DNA from: Minisyncoccia bacterium
Lineage (GTDB): Bacteria; Patescibacteriota; Minisyncoccia; Phycocordibacterales; UBA918
Reading direction: 5' to 3'
Length of the DNA stretch: 64,000 bases
Assembly (NCBI GenBank): GCA_046598345.1
Contig: JBKJIT010000003.1
Span: 273,258-337,257 of the forward strand
Both the position numbers and the translations under genes were made by a program. The stretch's first letter is position 1. Every line of letters starts with the position of its first letter. Positions 1 through 9,519 of the stretch are shown piece after piece. Below the pieces are notes generated by a model. The model did no database searches and was not told the DNA's origin. It was given only the letters and a program-made list of their open reading frames with translations.

Positions 1-1446
1 GTGGCGGAACGCGTGAGCGGTACCGACTCAACACGTGCGCGCCTTCTTCTCTCGCAAATATTTTCGCTCTTCCTCATCGGGTACAGTATCTTAGCCGTCC
101 TCATTGGTCTTTCCGCTCCGTACCTTGTCCCGGCCATTTTCCCTGGATTTCACGGTGAGAGCGAGACGCTCGTTACAATGATCAGGATACTTCTCCTTCA
201 ACCATTCCTTCTTGGAATCTCGAGTCTTTTTGGTGTTATAACGCAATTTAATCACCGATTTATTCTCTATGCGATTAGCCCACTCCTCTATAACATAGGA
301 ATTATTGTTGGTCTTGTCGTGTTTTATCCACTGTTTGGACTTATTGGCCTTGTCTTTGGAGTAGTCCTTGGAGCACTTGGACACCTCGTGGTGCAATTGC
401 CATTTATATATGAGAGTGAACTTTCACCCCGATTTCTCATACGGATTTCGTTAAAAGAAATGAGCGAGGTCCTACGAACCTCGCTTCCGCGCGCATTCAC
501 GCTTTCGTTACACCAGCTCGTACTTCTTACGCTCGTGAGCTTGGCAAGTATCATGACCGTAGGTTCTGTTTCGGTATTTCAACTCGCCTTTAATCTGCAA
601 TCAGTCCCGCTTGCGATTATTGGAGTGAGTTACTCGGTGGCTGCCTTTCCTCTTTTAGCGCAACTCTATGCGGAAGAAAAATATACTGAGTTTAGTACCT
701 ACCTCATGACAGCGCTAAGGCATATTATCTTCTGGGCTTTTCCCATCATCGCACTTCTTGTGGTGGTACGCGCGCAATTTGTGCGTGTCATTTTAGGAAC
801 GGGCGAGTTTGACTGGAGTGATACGAGACTCACCGCAGCCATTCTTGCACTCTTTGCACTCTCCCTCGCGGCGCAGGCAATTCACATGCTCATTGTGCGT
901 GCCCTCTACGCGAGAGGTGACACTAGGCTTCCGTTTCTTACCACGCTTTTTTCATCTATCCTGGCGCTCGTCTTTGCGTTTGTAGGGGTTATGCTGTTTC
1001 GTGCTTCGCCAGGGCTGGCGGACTTTATCGAAAGTATTATGCGTCTCGAAAATGTCCCTGGTACAGAAATCTTGATGCTTCCTTTAGGCTACTCACTCGC
1101 GATTATCATAAATAGTGGGCTCCTTCTCTTTTTTGCTCGGAAAAAACTATTTATTCGAATACCTGAACTTCTCCTCCATATGGGGCGTGCGACCATTGCA
1201 TCCGTAGGAGGTGGTGCAGTGGCGTATGGTACGCTCAATCTTGTGGCAACTGCACTCGAAACAGACACACTTCTGGGAATTCTCGCACAAGGAGCGGAGG
1301 CTTCGATTTTAGGTATGTTCGCGGCGTTATTGATCTACTATATGCTTGGTAGTCCAGAGCTTCGTGAAATCTATCGGTCGCTTCATAGTAAGGTATTTAA
1401 GACTCATGTTATTGGGCCGCAGGACGAGGATCAACTCTCGGTCTAG
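1..1446 (+). CDS. murJ: Lipid II flippase MurJ/MviN, 5'-partial (runs off window start)
   Basis: 481-aa polytopic membrane protein continuous to position 1; MATE-like MurJ helices and loops; protein appears N-terminally truncated. Confidence 0.7.
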   Translation: MAERVSGTDSTRARLLLSQIFSLFLIGYSILAVLIGLSAPYLVPAIFPGFHGESETLVTMIRILLLQPFLLGISSLFGVITQFNHRFILYAISPLLYNIGIIVGLVVFYPLFGLIGLVFGVVLGALGHLVVQLPFIYESELSPRFLIRISLKEMSEVLRTSLPRAFTLSLHQLVLLTLVSLASIMTVGSVSVFQLAFNLQSVPLAIIGVSYSVAAFPLLAQLYAEEKYTEFSTYLMTALRHIIFWAFPIIALLVVVRAQFVRVILGTGEFDWSDTRLTAAILALFALSLAAQAIHMLIVRALYARGDTRLPFLTTLFSSILALVFAFVGVMLFRASPGLADFIESIMRLENVPGTEILMLPLGYSLAIIINSGLLLFFARKKLFIRIPELLLHMGRATIASVGGGAVAYGTLNLVATALETDTLLGILAQGAEASILGMFAALLIYYMLGSPELREIYRSLHSKVFKTHVIGPQDEDQLSV

Positions 1447-1666
1447 AGCGATAGCCACAAACATTCTCATCTACTGCGTTGTCTGCACAAAGAGAACGCT
1501 CATCGTATGTCTATATACGCCTCGCACTCTTTGTTTGACGCCTTGTAGCTAAGACGTTTTTGGCAATCGCGCGCATCTCTAGCCTACAATACACTCGACC
1601 CTCAGTTTTGAGAAAATGGTGCAGTTTAGAAGGCAGCTCTTTTTGTGCTAGAGTAGGGCGACGAAT

Positions 1667-3451
1667 ATGACACAGATCCGGAACTTTTCAATTATCGCCC
1701 ATATTGACCATGGAAAGTCGACGCTTGCGGATCGCATGCTCGAAATCACCCATACCGTGGAAGCCCGCAAGATGAAGGAGCAGGTGCTTGATTCTATGGA
1801 TCTTGAGCGCGAGCGCGGAATTACGATCAAGATGCAGCCCGTTCGAATGTCCCATACATTCAATGGTGTGACCTATGAACTCAATCTTATTGATACGCCC
1901 GGGCACATCGATTTCTCCTATGAAGTTTCTCGGGCGCTTAAGGCTGTTGAGGGCGTGCTTCTCCTTGTGGATTCGACGCAGGGTGTGCAGGCACAAACAC
2001 TTTCAGTTCTCAGTATGGCTCGTGAGCAGGGACTTGCCATCATTCCAGTCCTTACGAAAATAGATGTCCCGCACTCACGAAGAGAGGAAGTTCTTGAAGA
2101 AGTGGTCGCGCTTCTTAAGTGCGATCCCAAAGATGTGCAGTTTGTGTCTGGAAAAACAGGGGAGGGAGTGGCTGCGCTTCTCGATCTTATCTGTGAGCGC
2201 ATTCCAGCTCCAAGGCCCCCCGAATCAGATGTTTATCGTGGGCTCGTCTTTGATTTTAAATACTCGAATCACCGGGGAATTATTGTGTACATGCGCGTCT
2301 TTGACGGCGTGGTTACTAAAGGTGACAAACTAACATTCATGGCTGCAGAACGAAGCTTTGAAGCACTTGAAGTCGGTATTCTTGCTCCAGAGGAAGAACC
2401 TATTGGTTCAATTAATGCCGGTGAAATTGGCTACATCGTGACTGGTATCAAGGAACCAGGCGTTGTGGCTGTAGGTGACACCCTCACGTTCGAGCGTGCG
2501 CGCGCTGAACCCCTCGCTGGATATCGCTCAGTTCCTCCCGTCGTGTGGGCTTCAGTATTTCCTGAGGCACAGGATGATTTCACGATGCTTAAACAGGCAC
2601 TCGATCGCCTCAAGCTCTCAGACTCCTCACTTTCGTATGAAGAAGAGTCATCCGGCGTATTGGGAAGAGGGTTTCGGTGCGGGTTCCTCGGGATGCTCCA
2701 CCTCGAAATCATTACCGAGCGCCTTCGACGGGAATTTGATATTCAAATCATCATTACTGCTCCGTCGATTGTGTATGAAATTACCCATGAGAACGGAAAG
2801 GTAGAAGAAGTGTACGCCGCGTCGCGTTTTCCTGATCACGGAGCAAAAGTAACGGTACGTGAGCCATGGGTATTGGCGCAGGTAATCCTACCTCCCGAAT
2901 ATTTAGGAAATGTGATGTCACTTCTCTACGACCATGAGGCGAGTGTACTTGAAACGGAAGTCTTTGGAGACGGCAGGAATTTGCTCACCGTTGAGATGCC
3001 GCTTCGTGAACTCATGCGTAATTTCTTCGATAAACTTAAGAATGCGTCGAGCGGGTATGCTTCGCTCTCCTATGAGATTGCCGAGCTCCGTTCTGCTGAA
3101 GTGGCTCGTCTAGACGTGCTTGTTGCTGAAGAATTGGTACCTGCCTTTTCTCGCGTAGTGGGACTACGCCGTGCCGAAACCGATGCAAAGGCTGTGGTTG
3201 AGAAGCTCTACACCACGCTTCCTCGTCAGATGTTCGTAACAAAAATCCAGGCTAAGGCAATGGGGCGCATTATTTCTTCACGGACGCTTTCTGCAATGAA
3301 AAAAGATGTAACAGGGTACCTCTATGGTGGAGATATCACGCGCAAGATGAAACTGAGAGAAAAGCAGAAACGAGGTAAGAAAAAGCTCCTTGCGCATGGA
3401 AAAGTAAATATCCCACAGGACGTCTTTATGAAAATGGTTAAATCTGATTAA
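1667..3451 (+). CDS. lepA: Elongation factor 4 (LepA)
   Basis: N-terminal GTPase motifs AHIDHGKST, DTPGH, TKID; LepA-specific C-terminal domain; 594 aa. Confidence 0.9.
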   Translation: MTQIRNFSIIAHIDHGKSTLADRMLEITHTVEARKMKEQVLDSMDLERERGITIKMQPVRMSHTFNGVTYELNLIDTPGHIDFSYEVSRALKAVEGVLLLVDSTQGVQAQTLSVLSMAREQGLAIIPVLTKIDVPHSRREEVLEEVVALLKCDPKDVQFVSGKTGEGVAALLDLICERIPAPRPPESDVYRGLVFDFKYSNHRGIIVYMRVFDGVVTKGDKLTFMAAERSFEALEVGILAPEEEPIGSINAGEIGYIVTGIKEPGVVAVGDTLTFERARAEPLAGYRSVPPVVWASVFPEAQDDFTMLKQALDRLKLSDSSLSYEEESSGVLGRGFRCGFLGMLHLEIITERLRREFDIQIIITAPSIVYEITHENGKVEEVYAASRFPDHGAKVTVREPWVLAQVILPPEYLGNVMSLLYDHEASVLETEVFGDGRNLLTVEMPLRELMRNFFDKLKNASSGYASLSYEIAELRSAEVARLDVLVAEELVPAFSRVVGLRRAETDAKAVVEKLYTTLPRQMFVTKIQAKAMGRIISSRTLSAMKKDVTGYLYGGDITRKMKLREKQKRGKKKLLAHGKVNIPQDVFMKMVKSD

Positions 3452-3788
3452 ATGTCAGATTTAAGACTTTGCCAGGTATTTCAAGCGAAGCATTGAAATA
3501 CCGTCAAAGTGGACTGGCCGCTGTATGCTGAAAAGCGATTAGATATCGCTTTGCATGAGGTTGTCGACAGTTTCGACTAAAAGGAGAAAATGTCATACAA
3601 CCTGAACAGCCTCTGTAGGAGGGAAATCAGATTAGTAATCCTGGCAAAGTATGTTGCCTTTAAATGGGCTTTAAACAGCACCAGTACCTCCTGAGAATGC
3701 AAAGATCATACTAATTGCGATCAGTACTGCGAGCACGCCCCAGATCCATTTAATGGCCGTCTTTGTCTTCTTGTGAAACAAAAAACTC

Positions 3789-4223
3789 ATGATGGTACAA
3801 TACTACCACATGTTTGATTTTCAGGAAAAACGCAGGATTCGGCAGATTGTGTACTCCAGATTCTTCATAGGTGCCATATTTCTCATCGGTATTCTTATTG
3901 CAAATAGTGCGTATAATCGCTATACCGTTGAGCGGGAGATGGCGGTAAAGCGTGATAGTAAGCTACAAGAGCTTGAGGAACTCAGGGTCCGTGCTGCAGC
4001 CCTTGAGTCAAACATAGAGCACCTCGAAAATGACCGAGGGATTGAGGAAGAGCTGCGAAGCCGTTTTGATGTAGTCAAAGAAGGCGAACAGGTCGTCGTT
4101 ATTCTCGAAGATCCTGAAGCGGAAAAGCTTCAGGCTAAATCCCCGCCTTCCTCCCTCTCTCCTCAGCACAAGAAGTCATTCTGGAGTTCCTTCAAGGGAA
4201 TGTTTGCAGGTAGCGATGAGTAA
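3789..4223 (+). CDS. Septum formation initiator family protein (FtsB/DivIC-like)
   Basis: N-terminal TM helix followed by coiled coil (LQELEELRVRAAALESNIEHLEND), 144 aa. Confidence 0.45.
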   Translation: MMVQYYHMFDFQEKRRIRQIVYSRFFIGAIFLIGILIANSAYNRYTVEREMAVKRDSKLQELEELRVRAAALESNIEHLENDRGIEEELRSRFDVVKEGEQVVVILEDPEAEKLQAKSPPSSLSPQHKKSFWSSFKGMFAGSDE

Positions 4224-4298
4224 GGGGTGCTCGTAGTGAGCACTCATAGGTATGTGATATACTATTCCCACTTTACGAATTAAACGTTTGGAATTCTT

Positions 4299-4538
4299 AT
4301 GGAAAATACACAGGTAACTATATACAGCACACCTTCTTGTCACTTTTGTCATGCAGCAAAAGATTTTTTTACTGAAAACGGAGTCACCTTTACCGACCAT
4401 AATGTTGCGGAGGATTTTGAAAAGCGCCAGGAAATGATCGACATGACGGGCCAGATGGGAGTCCCGGTCATTCGGATCAAGGATGATGTTGTTGTAGGTT
4501 TCGATGAGAACAAAATCAAGGAACTGCTTGCAATATAA
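4299..4538 (+). CDS. Glutaredoxin-like protein (NrdH/Grx family)
   Basis: CHFC active-site motif near N-terminus, 79 aa thioredoxin-fold size, good RBS-to-ATG spacing. Confidence 0.65.
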   Translation: MENTQVTIYSTPSCHFCHAAKDFFTENGVTFTDHNVAEDFEKRQEMIDMTGQMGVPVIRIKDDVVVGFDENKIKELLAI

Positions 4539-4604
4539 GCAATTTAAAAATACCCTATCTTTTAAGCAAAAGTGGGGTATTTTTGTGCTACTGTAGCTGG
4601 CATC

Positions 4605-4676
4605 GCCCTCATAGTTCAATGGATAGAACGATTCCGTCCTAAGGAAAAAATCCTGGTTCGATTCCGGGTGAGGGCA
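4605..4676 (+). tRNA. tRNA-Arg (anticodon CCT)
   Basis: Hand-folded cloverleaf: acceptor GCCCTCA/TGAGGGC, D-arm GTTC..GAAC, anticodon loop GTCCTAA, T-arm CCTGG-TTCGATT-CCGGG, discriminator A; no encoded CCA. Confidence 0.8.
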
Positions 4677-4718
4677 CAAATTACGAGAAATAAAGTCATA
4701 GTCTGTTATACTTTTCCC

Positions 4719-4994
4719 ATGCCTCCACAGAACGAAGAACATAATGAAATGTTACGGCTCCTTCGGGAGAACGTTGAATTAAATAAGCAAAACCACCAAC
4801 TGCTCCGAAAATTGTATAGGCACGATATGATTGGGTTTACTGTAAAGATCCTTTGGTTTGCAATTATTATTGGACTCCCGCTCGCTGCGTATCACTATTT
4901 CCTGGCCCCATATTTTTCTGCTATAGGCTCCGATGTTGAAACTTTTCAGGGAATGAGGTGGATTGAAGATCTTTTCAAGACATTTGCCGGGTAG
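4719..4994 (+). CDS. Hypothetical small membrane protein (91 aa)
   Basis: In-frame ATG downstream of tRNA-Arg; the longer 4572 ORF overlaps the tRNA and was trimmed; one TM helix. Confidence 0.3.
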   Translation: MPPQNEEHNEMLRLLRENVELNKQNHQLLRKLYRHDMIGFTVKILWFAIIIGLPLAAYHYFLAPYFSAIGSDVETFQGMRWIEDLFKTFAG

Positions 4995-5046
4995 AGGTAA
5001 TGCGGTGAGGCAAAATATATGGTAGCATCGATGCTGTCCACTTTTC

Positions 5047-5119
5047 GCTGAGGTAGCTCAGTTGGTAGAGCATTTGCCTGAAGAGCAAGGGGTCGGCGGT
5101 TCGAGCCCGCCCCTCAGCA
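5047..5119 (+). tRNA. tRNA-Phe (anticodon GAA)
   Basis: Acceptor GCTGAGG/CCTCAGC, D-arm GCTC-AGTTGGTA-GAGC, anticodon loop CTGAAGA, T-arm GGCGG-TTCGAGC-CCGCC, discriminator A. Confidence 0.9.
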
Positions 5120-5185
5120 CAGTCTAGAGAAAACGCCCTTAAGGGCGTTTTCTCGTTTAAGACTGTGCAGAGGGGCGGGCTCGAA
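5100..5185. terminator. ~86-nt near-perfect palindrome: tRNA-Phe 3' half, inner 12-bp hairpin (GAGAAAACGCCC/GGGCGTTTTCTC), and an inverted copy of the tRNA 3' end
   Basis: 5100-5118 (ttcgagcccgcccctcagc) is reverse-complementary to 5168-5185 (gcagaggggcgggctcgaa) with 1 mismatch; inner hairpin 5127-5154. Confidence 0.5.
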
Positions 5186-5470
5186 AGACTTGCGATGTGA
5201 GCTTCTTTCAAAATGAAGCGAAGCAGCAAGTCCGGGGAGGAAGTGCTTAGTAAAATTAGAGCGAAGCGACATAATTATGCTTAGCAACTTGACCCCGAGC
5301 CCAAGCTCGAAAGGCGCAGCCATGTTTTGCTATTTCTAATGCAAAACAGGCGAGCCAGGGCAGGAGGTTCTTAGCGAATGTAATGAGCTTAGAAACCTGC
5401 GCCGAGCCTTGCTCGAAGAACAAGCGATGTGAGTCTCTATCAAAATGAGACGAACCAGCAAGTCCGCGCA
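5176..5470. repeat. Degenerate tandem repeat, period ~111-121 nt, ~3 units (X1 5176, X' 5297, X2 5408)
   Basis: Units share gctcgaa...gcgatgtgag...tcaaaatga...cagcaagtccg (~85% identity between first and third); hairpin gcttc/gaagc vs gtctc/gagac shows compensatory changes. Confidence 0.5.
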
Positions 5471-5828
5471 AAAAGTGTCTATTCCGAGCAAAAGGTTTAT
5501 GGTATTATCCAAAATAGATCACTACTGGAGAACATTATGGAATATGGAGCTCTAAATTCTGTGGTAGTCGTTGAAGTGGCCGCACTCGTCGTTATGGTAC
5601 TCGCTAATGCAGTGAGGAAACAACGAATCTATCTGAAGAAGATGGTGGAAGGAAAAGTGCCATATCGACTTCCGTGGGCCCTGCGAATGAACGGATGGTA
5701 CATGGGTTCACCCCCTAACGGGAAATGGCAAAGGGGACTAATCTGGGACAGGCGTGTAAAACGCTACGTTGGAATAACGCGACTGTCCAGCGTAGGACTA
5801 CAAAGGATCTTTCCCAAATGAGGTATTC

Positions 5829-5858
5829 AAAAAGCTGTCTTGACGACAGCTTTTTATC
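5829..5858. terminator. Hairpin terminator downstream of the Hsp20 gene
   Basis: aaaaagctgtc-ttgac-gacagcttttt perfect inverted repeat with flanking A/T runs. Confidence 0.5.
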
Positions 5859-5872
5859 ATAGAGGCGCTTGT

Positions 5873-6373
5873 TTATTTCATGTGATGACTCCTTACTGTA
5901 AGCTTTGCGCTGCGCTCCTTATCGAGTTTTGGAAGGACAATTTCAAGAAGTCCATGCTTTTCCTTAGCCTCTGCTTCGTCAATAATAATTTCCTCAGGAA
6001 GGAGGATTGTTCGTGAAAATGACCCCCAGAAAAGCTCACGATGGTAATAGTCCTCGTCAGGTGCCTCCTGGATCTCTTCTCGGCGGCCTTTCAGTGTGAC
6101 CATGTCACGTGTAATCGCAATTTCTAAATCTTCAGGGTTAACACCCGCTACAAGCGCACGAATTACAATTGAGTCGCCTGTTTGGTACATATCGATAGGG
6201 AGTTCGCCATCTTGCTCACCCTCATCATTTTTCCAATTCCCGTGTTCCTCATCGCTTCCATGAATTTCAGGCTCACCCGCCTGTTCAAAGGTTTCCTCTT
6301 GTTCAAAACCATCGTCCTTGGTTGTTTTTACCGATCCAGTGAGTCGTTCGAGAAATGAAGGTTTTTTAATCAT
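5873..6373 (-). CDS. Hsp20/alpha-crystallin family small heat-shock protein
   Basis: 166 aa; alpha-crystallin domain core (GDSIVIRALVAGVNPEDLEI...GLLEIVLPK); acidic N-terminus. Confidence 0.8.
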   Translation of the reverse strand: MIKKPSFLERLTGSVKTTKDDGFEQEETFEQAGEPEIHGSDEEHGNWKNDEGEQDGELPIDMYQTGDSIVIRALVAGVNPEDLEIAITRDMVTLKGRREEIQEAPDEDYYHRELFWGSFSRTILLPEEIIIDEAEAKEKHGLLEIVLPKLDKERSAKLTVRSHHMK

Positions 6374-7071
6374 GATATGTTGCGATGATTTTTTTCAATA
6401 ATCTTTAGCTTTTCAAATACAAGAAAGAGGACGATGATGCCCATCCATACGAACATGAATACGCCGAGAATCGTTTCTCCGCTTGAGTCCATTATAAAAA
6501 AGTTAAACAGGGCATGCAATACGATGGCAACTAACAAGCCAACGGTCGCCCAGAAGATTTTAATTACGTCACGCTTATAAAATGCGAACGCCATAAAGAC
6601 ACCCACCGTACCTGAAGCAAGAATATGGAGTAGGCTCGCACCGAGGAATCTGAAATTCCCGGTAACAAATGAACTCATGTACTCACCTTGGGTGAGAGGA
6701 GTAAATATAAAGAGTGCATTTTCGAGTGCTGAAAACCCGAGCGCAATAGTTATCATGTAGATGATTGTATCGATAGGCTCATCGACGGCCTTGTTCCACA
6801 GGACAACAATGAGCGCTGCGGAGTATTTAATTATTTCCTCGATCATTACCCAGACAAGGATAAGGTTGTCTCCCGCAAAGCGGTCCATCGCGTATTTCTG
6901 AAGAGGGAGGACGATAGGAACGACGAGCATACCTGCTATGAAGGCAGATGCAATAAGCGCTTTTGGCTCAGGACGCGCCTTGTCTTCCCGGAGCCAAAAC
7001 CATAACCAAAAAAGCGCAGGTACGAGCCCTGCTAGGAATGCGATGACGAAGTAGGTAGATTCCATACTCAA
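6370..7071 (-). CDS. PrsW-family intramembrane protease-like membrane protein
   Basis: Multi-TM protein with EEIIKY, FSALEN and HALFN motifs typical of PrsW (EExxK, FxxxE, HxxxN); 4-nt overlap with Hsp20 gene. Confidence 0.55.
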   Translation of the reverse strand: MSMESTYFVIAFLAGLVPALFWLWFWLREDKARPEPKALIASAFIAGMLVVPIVLPLQKYAMDRFAGDNLILVWVMIEEIIKYSAALIVVLWNKAVDEPIDTIIYMITIALGFSALENALFIFTPLTQGEYMSSFVTGNFRFLGASLLHILASGTVGVFMAFAFYKRDVIKIFWATVGLLVAIVLHALFNFFIMDSSGETILGVFMFVWMGIIVLFLVFEKLKIIEKNHRNIS

Positions 7072-7227
7072 TAATTCATTTCAGAATCAATCTACTTCGT
7101 TGACTTCGTCATTCAAACTTTCACCGTACGTAGGTACGTTTCAAGTTTTCTTTCCTTGTCGCCTCGTATCTTAATCCTTAACTGAATTATAATATTGTAC
7201 CACTCAAAGAAGTACGATTTTTGCGAG

Positions 7228-9438
7228 TTACACAGTCGGCCAGTTCGCAACCATGAGGATGTCTCGTTCATTGCCGCGCATGTGATCGGGTAGATTTTGC
7301 CATACTGCCTCGGTCACAAAGGGCATAAATGGGTGAAGCAGTTTGAGTGAGGCGATAAGGCAGGTCACTAATGTGTACTGGCGTATTTTCCGAGCCTCAC
7401 TATCGCTTCCTGCGAGAATTTCTTTAGAGGCTTCAAGGATTTTATCTGCAAGTTCATGCCACACATAGTGGTATGCTTTTTCGCTTGCTAGGTCGTAACG
7501 GCTTTTTTCCATGTATCCGTCAATCTCAGAAAAAGCATTTTTAAGATTATTAAGGATCTCCGTGTCTGATTCGGGCAAATTTTGTTGTGGTGTCGCATGT
7601 ACAGGATAATCTGTCGTTGCATCAATGACAAAGCGGGAAATGTTCCAAATTTTATTTGCAAACTTTTTGTATGCATTTACCTTATCAGGGTCGAGATTCA
7701 TATCGGTTCCAGGTGCATTGTTTACTATAAGTCCCATCCGAAGTGCATCAGTGCCATATTTTTCTTGAATCTCACTTGGTGCAATCACATTACCTTTTGA
7801 CTTGCTCATCTTCTTTCCGTGTTTGTCTCGCACCATTCCATGAAGGTATACTTTTTTAAATGGAACTTCTCCCGTGCGGTATATCCCTAACATGACCATA
7901 CGCGCAACCCAGAAAAAAATAATATCTTTCCCCGTTTCCATAACTGAGGTGGGGTAAAAGTTTTTATAATCCGCTCCATCGGGGAAATCAGCCACTGCAA
8001 GTGGCCATTGTCCGCTACTGAACCATGTGTCAAAGGTATCTGGATCTTGCACAACTAATCCGTTGCATTTAGCACACGCTGTCACTGTGTTTTCAATATC
8101 AACCATCCCGTGTCCACAAGAAGTACAAACTTTTGCTGGGATAGGGATTCCCCACACAATTTGTCGTGATATGTTCCAGTCCTCAATTTTCAGCATCCAA
8201 TCACGAAAAACACGTTCGTCTCGCTCAGTTGCAAATGTCACTTCTTTGGTGTCGCACGCAGTAAGTGCCTTTTCGGCAAGTGGCTTTGTTTTCACAAACC
8301 ATTGTTCGCGAATTTGAGGTTCGATTTCCCGTTCACATTTATAGCAACACGGAACTGCATGGGTATATTTTTCATCAATACGTACAAGAAGTCCTTTTTC
8401 TCTAAGTTTTTCAACAATCTTTTCTCGAGCGTCTTTAATATTCATTCCCTCAAATTCTCCAGCAATCGGTAGTAATTTCCCGCGCCAATCAATAATCTGT
8501 TCATAATCCAACTGATGGCGTTTTGCAATATCAAAGTCGATGCCAGAATGCCATGGAGTGATAGTCATAACTCCAGAGCCCATCTCTGGGTCGCCGGCCG
8601 CATCTTTAATAACTGTTGCAACAATGGGTCCGTTGATCCATTCGAGTTCAATTTTTTGACCATGTGTATAGGATGCGTACCGGGCATCGTCAGGGTGCAT
8701 AACTACATACTTGTCACCAAATTTCGTTTCAGGACGTGCGGTACCGATTACAAATGGTCCATATTGAAAATAATAAAATTTGTCTACTCGTTCGATATGC
8801 TCTGTCTCCAGATTTGAGAGGGAAGTCTGGTGCTTCGAACACCAATTGACGATACGCGCGCCTCTGTAGAGAAGTCCGTCATCTTCAAGTTTCTTGAATG
8901 TGTCATACACAATATGAATAACACGCGGATCGAGCGTAAACAGGGCGCGACTCCAATCACATGAAGCACCAAGTTCACGTATCTGGTTTTCCATGAATGA
9001 TCTACTTCCAAGTGTAAACTGAAGTATCTCTTCATACAGTTCCTTTGGGTCCATGTTAAATCTCGAACGGCCTTCTTTTTCGAGCTTCTTTTCGTACACA
9101 GTCTGTGTTTCAAATCCTGCGTGATCAGCTCCAGGAAACCATACGGTTTTTTTGCCCTTCATCCGATTGTACCGAATCATGATGTCTTGGATGGTCACGA
9201 AAAGTGCATGTCCTGCATGGAGACTACCGTTGGCGTTTGGAGGAGGCATCACAATTGAAAATGTGTCTGCATCAGCCTTCGTGATGCCTTTCTCAACACA
9301 AACATCAGGATTAAAAAATCCCGATTTTTCCCACATCTCATAAAGCTTTGCTTCGTGTTCTAGGGCCGAGTATGGCTTAAGAAAAATCTCTGGAAGGTGG
9401 CCGGGATTGCCTTGTTTTTCGTCAGATTTTTCATTCAT
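7228..9438 (-). CDS. valS: Valyl-tRNA synthetase, reduced form without C-terminal coiled coil
   Basis: HIGH-type motif (PNANGSLHAGHA), KMSKS motif, class I editing-domain layout; 736 aa; extra CxxC...CxxC insertion. Confidence 0.9.
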   Translation of the reverse strand: MNEKSDEKQGNPGHLPEIFLKPYSALEHEAKLYEMWEKSGFFNPDVCVEKGITKADADTFSIVMPPPNANGSLHAGHALFVTIQDIMIRYNRMKGKKTVWFPGADHAGFETQTVYEKKLEKEGRSRFNMDPKELYEEILQFTLGSRSFMENQIRELGASCDWSRALFTLDPRVIHIVYDTFKKLEDDGLLYRGARIVNWCSKHQTSLSNLETEHIERVDKFYYFQYGPFVIGTARPETKFGDKYVVMHPDDARYASYTHGQKIELEWINGPIVATVIKDAAGDPEMGSGVMTITPWHSGIDFDIAKRHQLDYEQIIDWRGKLLPIAGEFEGMNIKDAREKIVEKLREKGLLVRIDEKYTHAVPCCYKCEREIEPQIREQWFVKTKPLAEKALTACDTKEVTFATERDERVFRDWMLKIEDWNISRQIVWGIPIPAKVCTSCGHGMVDIENTVTACAKCNGLVVQDPDTFDTWFSSGQWPLAVADFPDGADYKNFYPTSVMETGKDIIFFWVARMVMLGIYRTGEVPFKKVYLHGMVRDKHGKKMSKSKGNVIAPSEIQEKYGTDALRMGLIVNNAPGTDMNLDPDKVNAYKKFANKIWNISRFVIDATTDYPVHATPQQNLPESDTEILNNLKNAFSEIDGYMEKSRYDLASEKAYHYVWHELADKILEASKEILAGSDSEARKIRQYTLVTCLIASLKLLHPFMPFVTEAVWQNLPDHMRGNERDILMVANWPTV

Positions 9439-9492
9439 AGTATATGGATACTATCATGAAATTAATGTAGTTCGTAAGGCCATTTAAATGAA

Positions 9493-9516
9493 AAGGCGGC
9501 CAGATTTGGCCGCCTT
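9493..9516 (-). terminator. Rho-independent terminator between the 9520-9996 gene and valS
   Basis: aaggcggcc-agattt-ggccgcctt hairpin followed on the minus strand by a T-run. Confidence 0.55.
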
Positions 9517-9519
9517 GGA

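Noticed and set aside
3668-3787. 39-aa minus-strand ORF (MSFLFHKKTKTAIKWIWGVLAVLIAISMIFAFSGGTGAV) upstream of the ftsB-like gene
   Set aside because: No RBS, and its start codon abuts or overlaps the divergent ftsB-like start. Kept out of features as too speculative.
4572-4718. N-terminal part of the 140-aa ORF 4572..4994
   Set aside because: Overlaps tRNA-Arg(CCT) (4605-4676) on the same strand. Only the downstream ATG at 4719 can be a genuine start.
5218-5242. RNase P / SRP RNA-like motif (GCAAGTCCGGGG, GAAGCAGC)
   Set aside because: Only short partial matches to the P4 (AAGUCCGGG) or SRP domain IV consensus. The flanking sequence does not fit either RNA, and the motif is part of the tandem repeat.
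5176-5470. Possible CRISPR array
   Set aside because: Repeat period is about 115 nt, units are only about 85% identical with indels, and there are no unique spacers of regular length. Not CRISPR-like.
5429-5821. 130-aa ORF inside the tandem-repeat region
   Set aside because: Starts inside a repeat hairpin, lacks an RBS, and has low-complexity or odd composition. The region looks like structured non-coding DNA or RNA.
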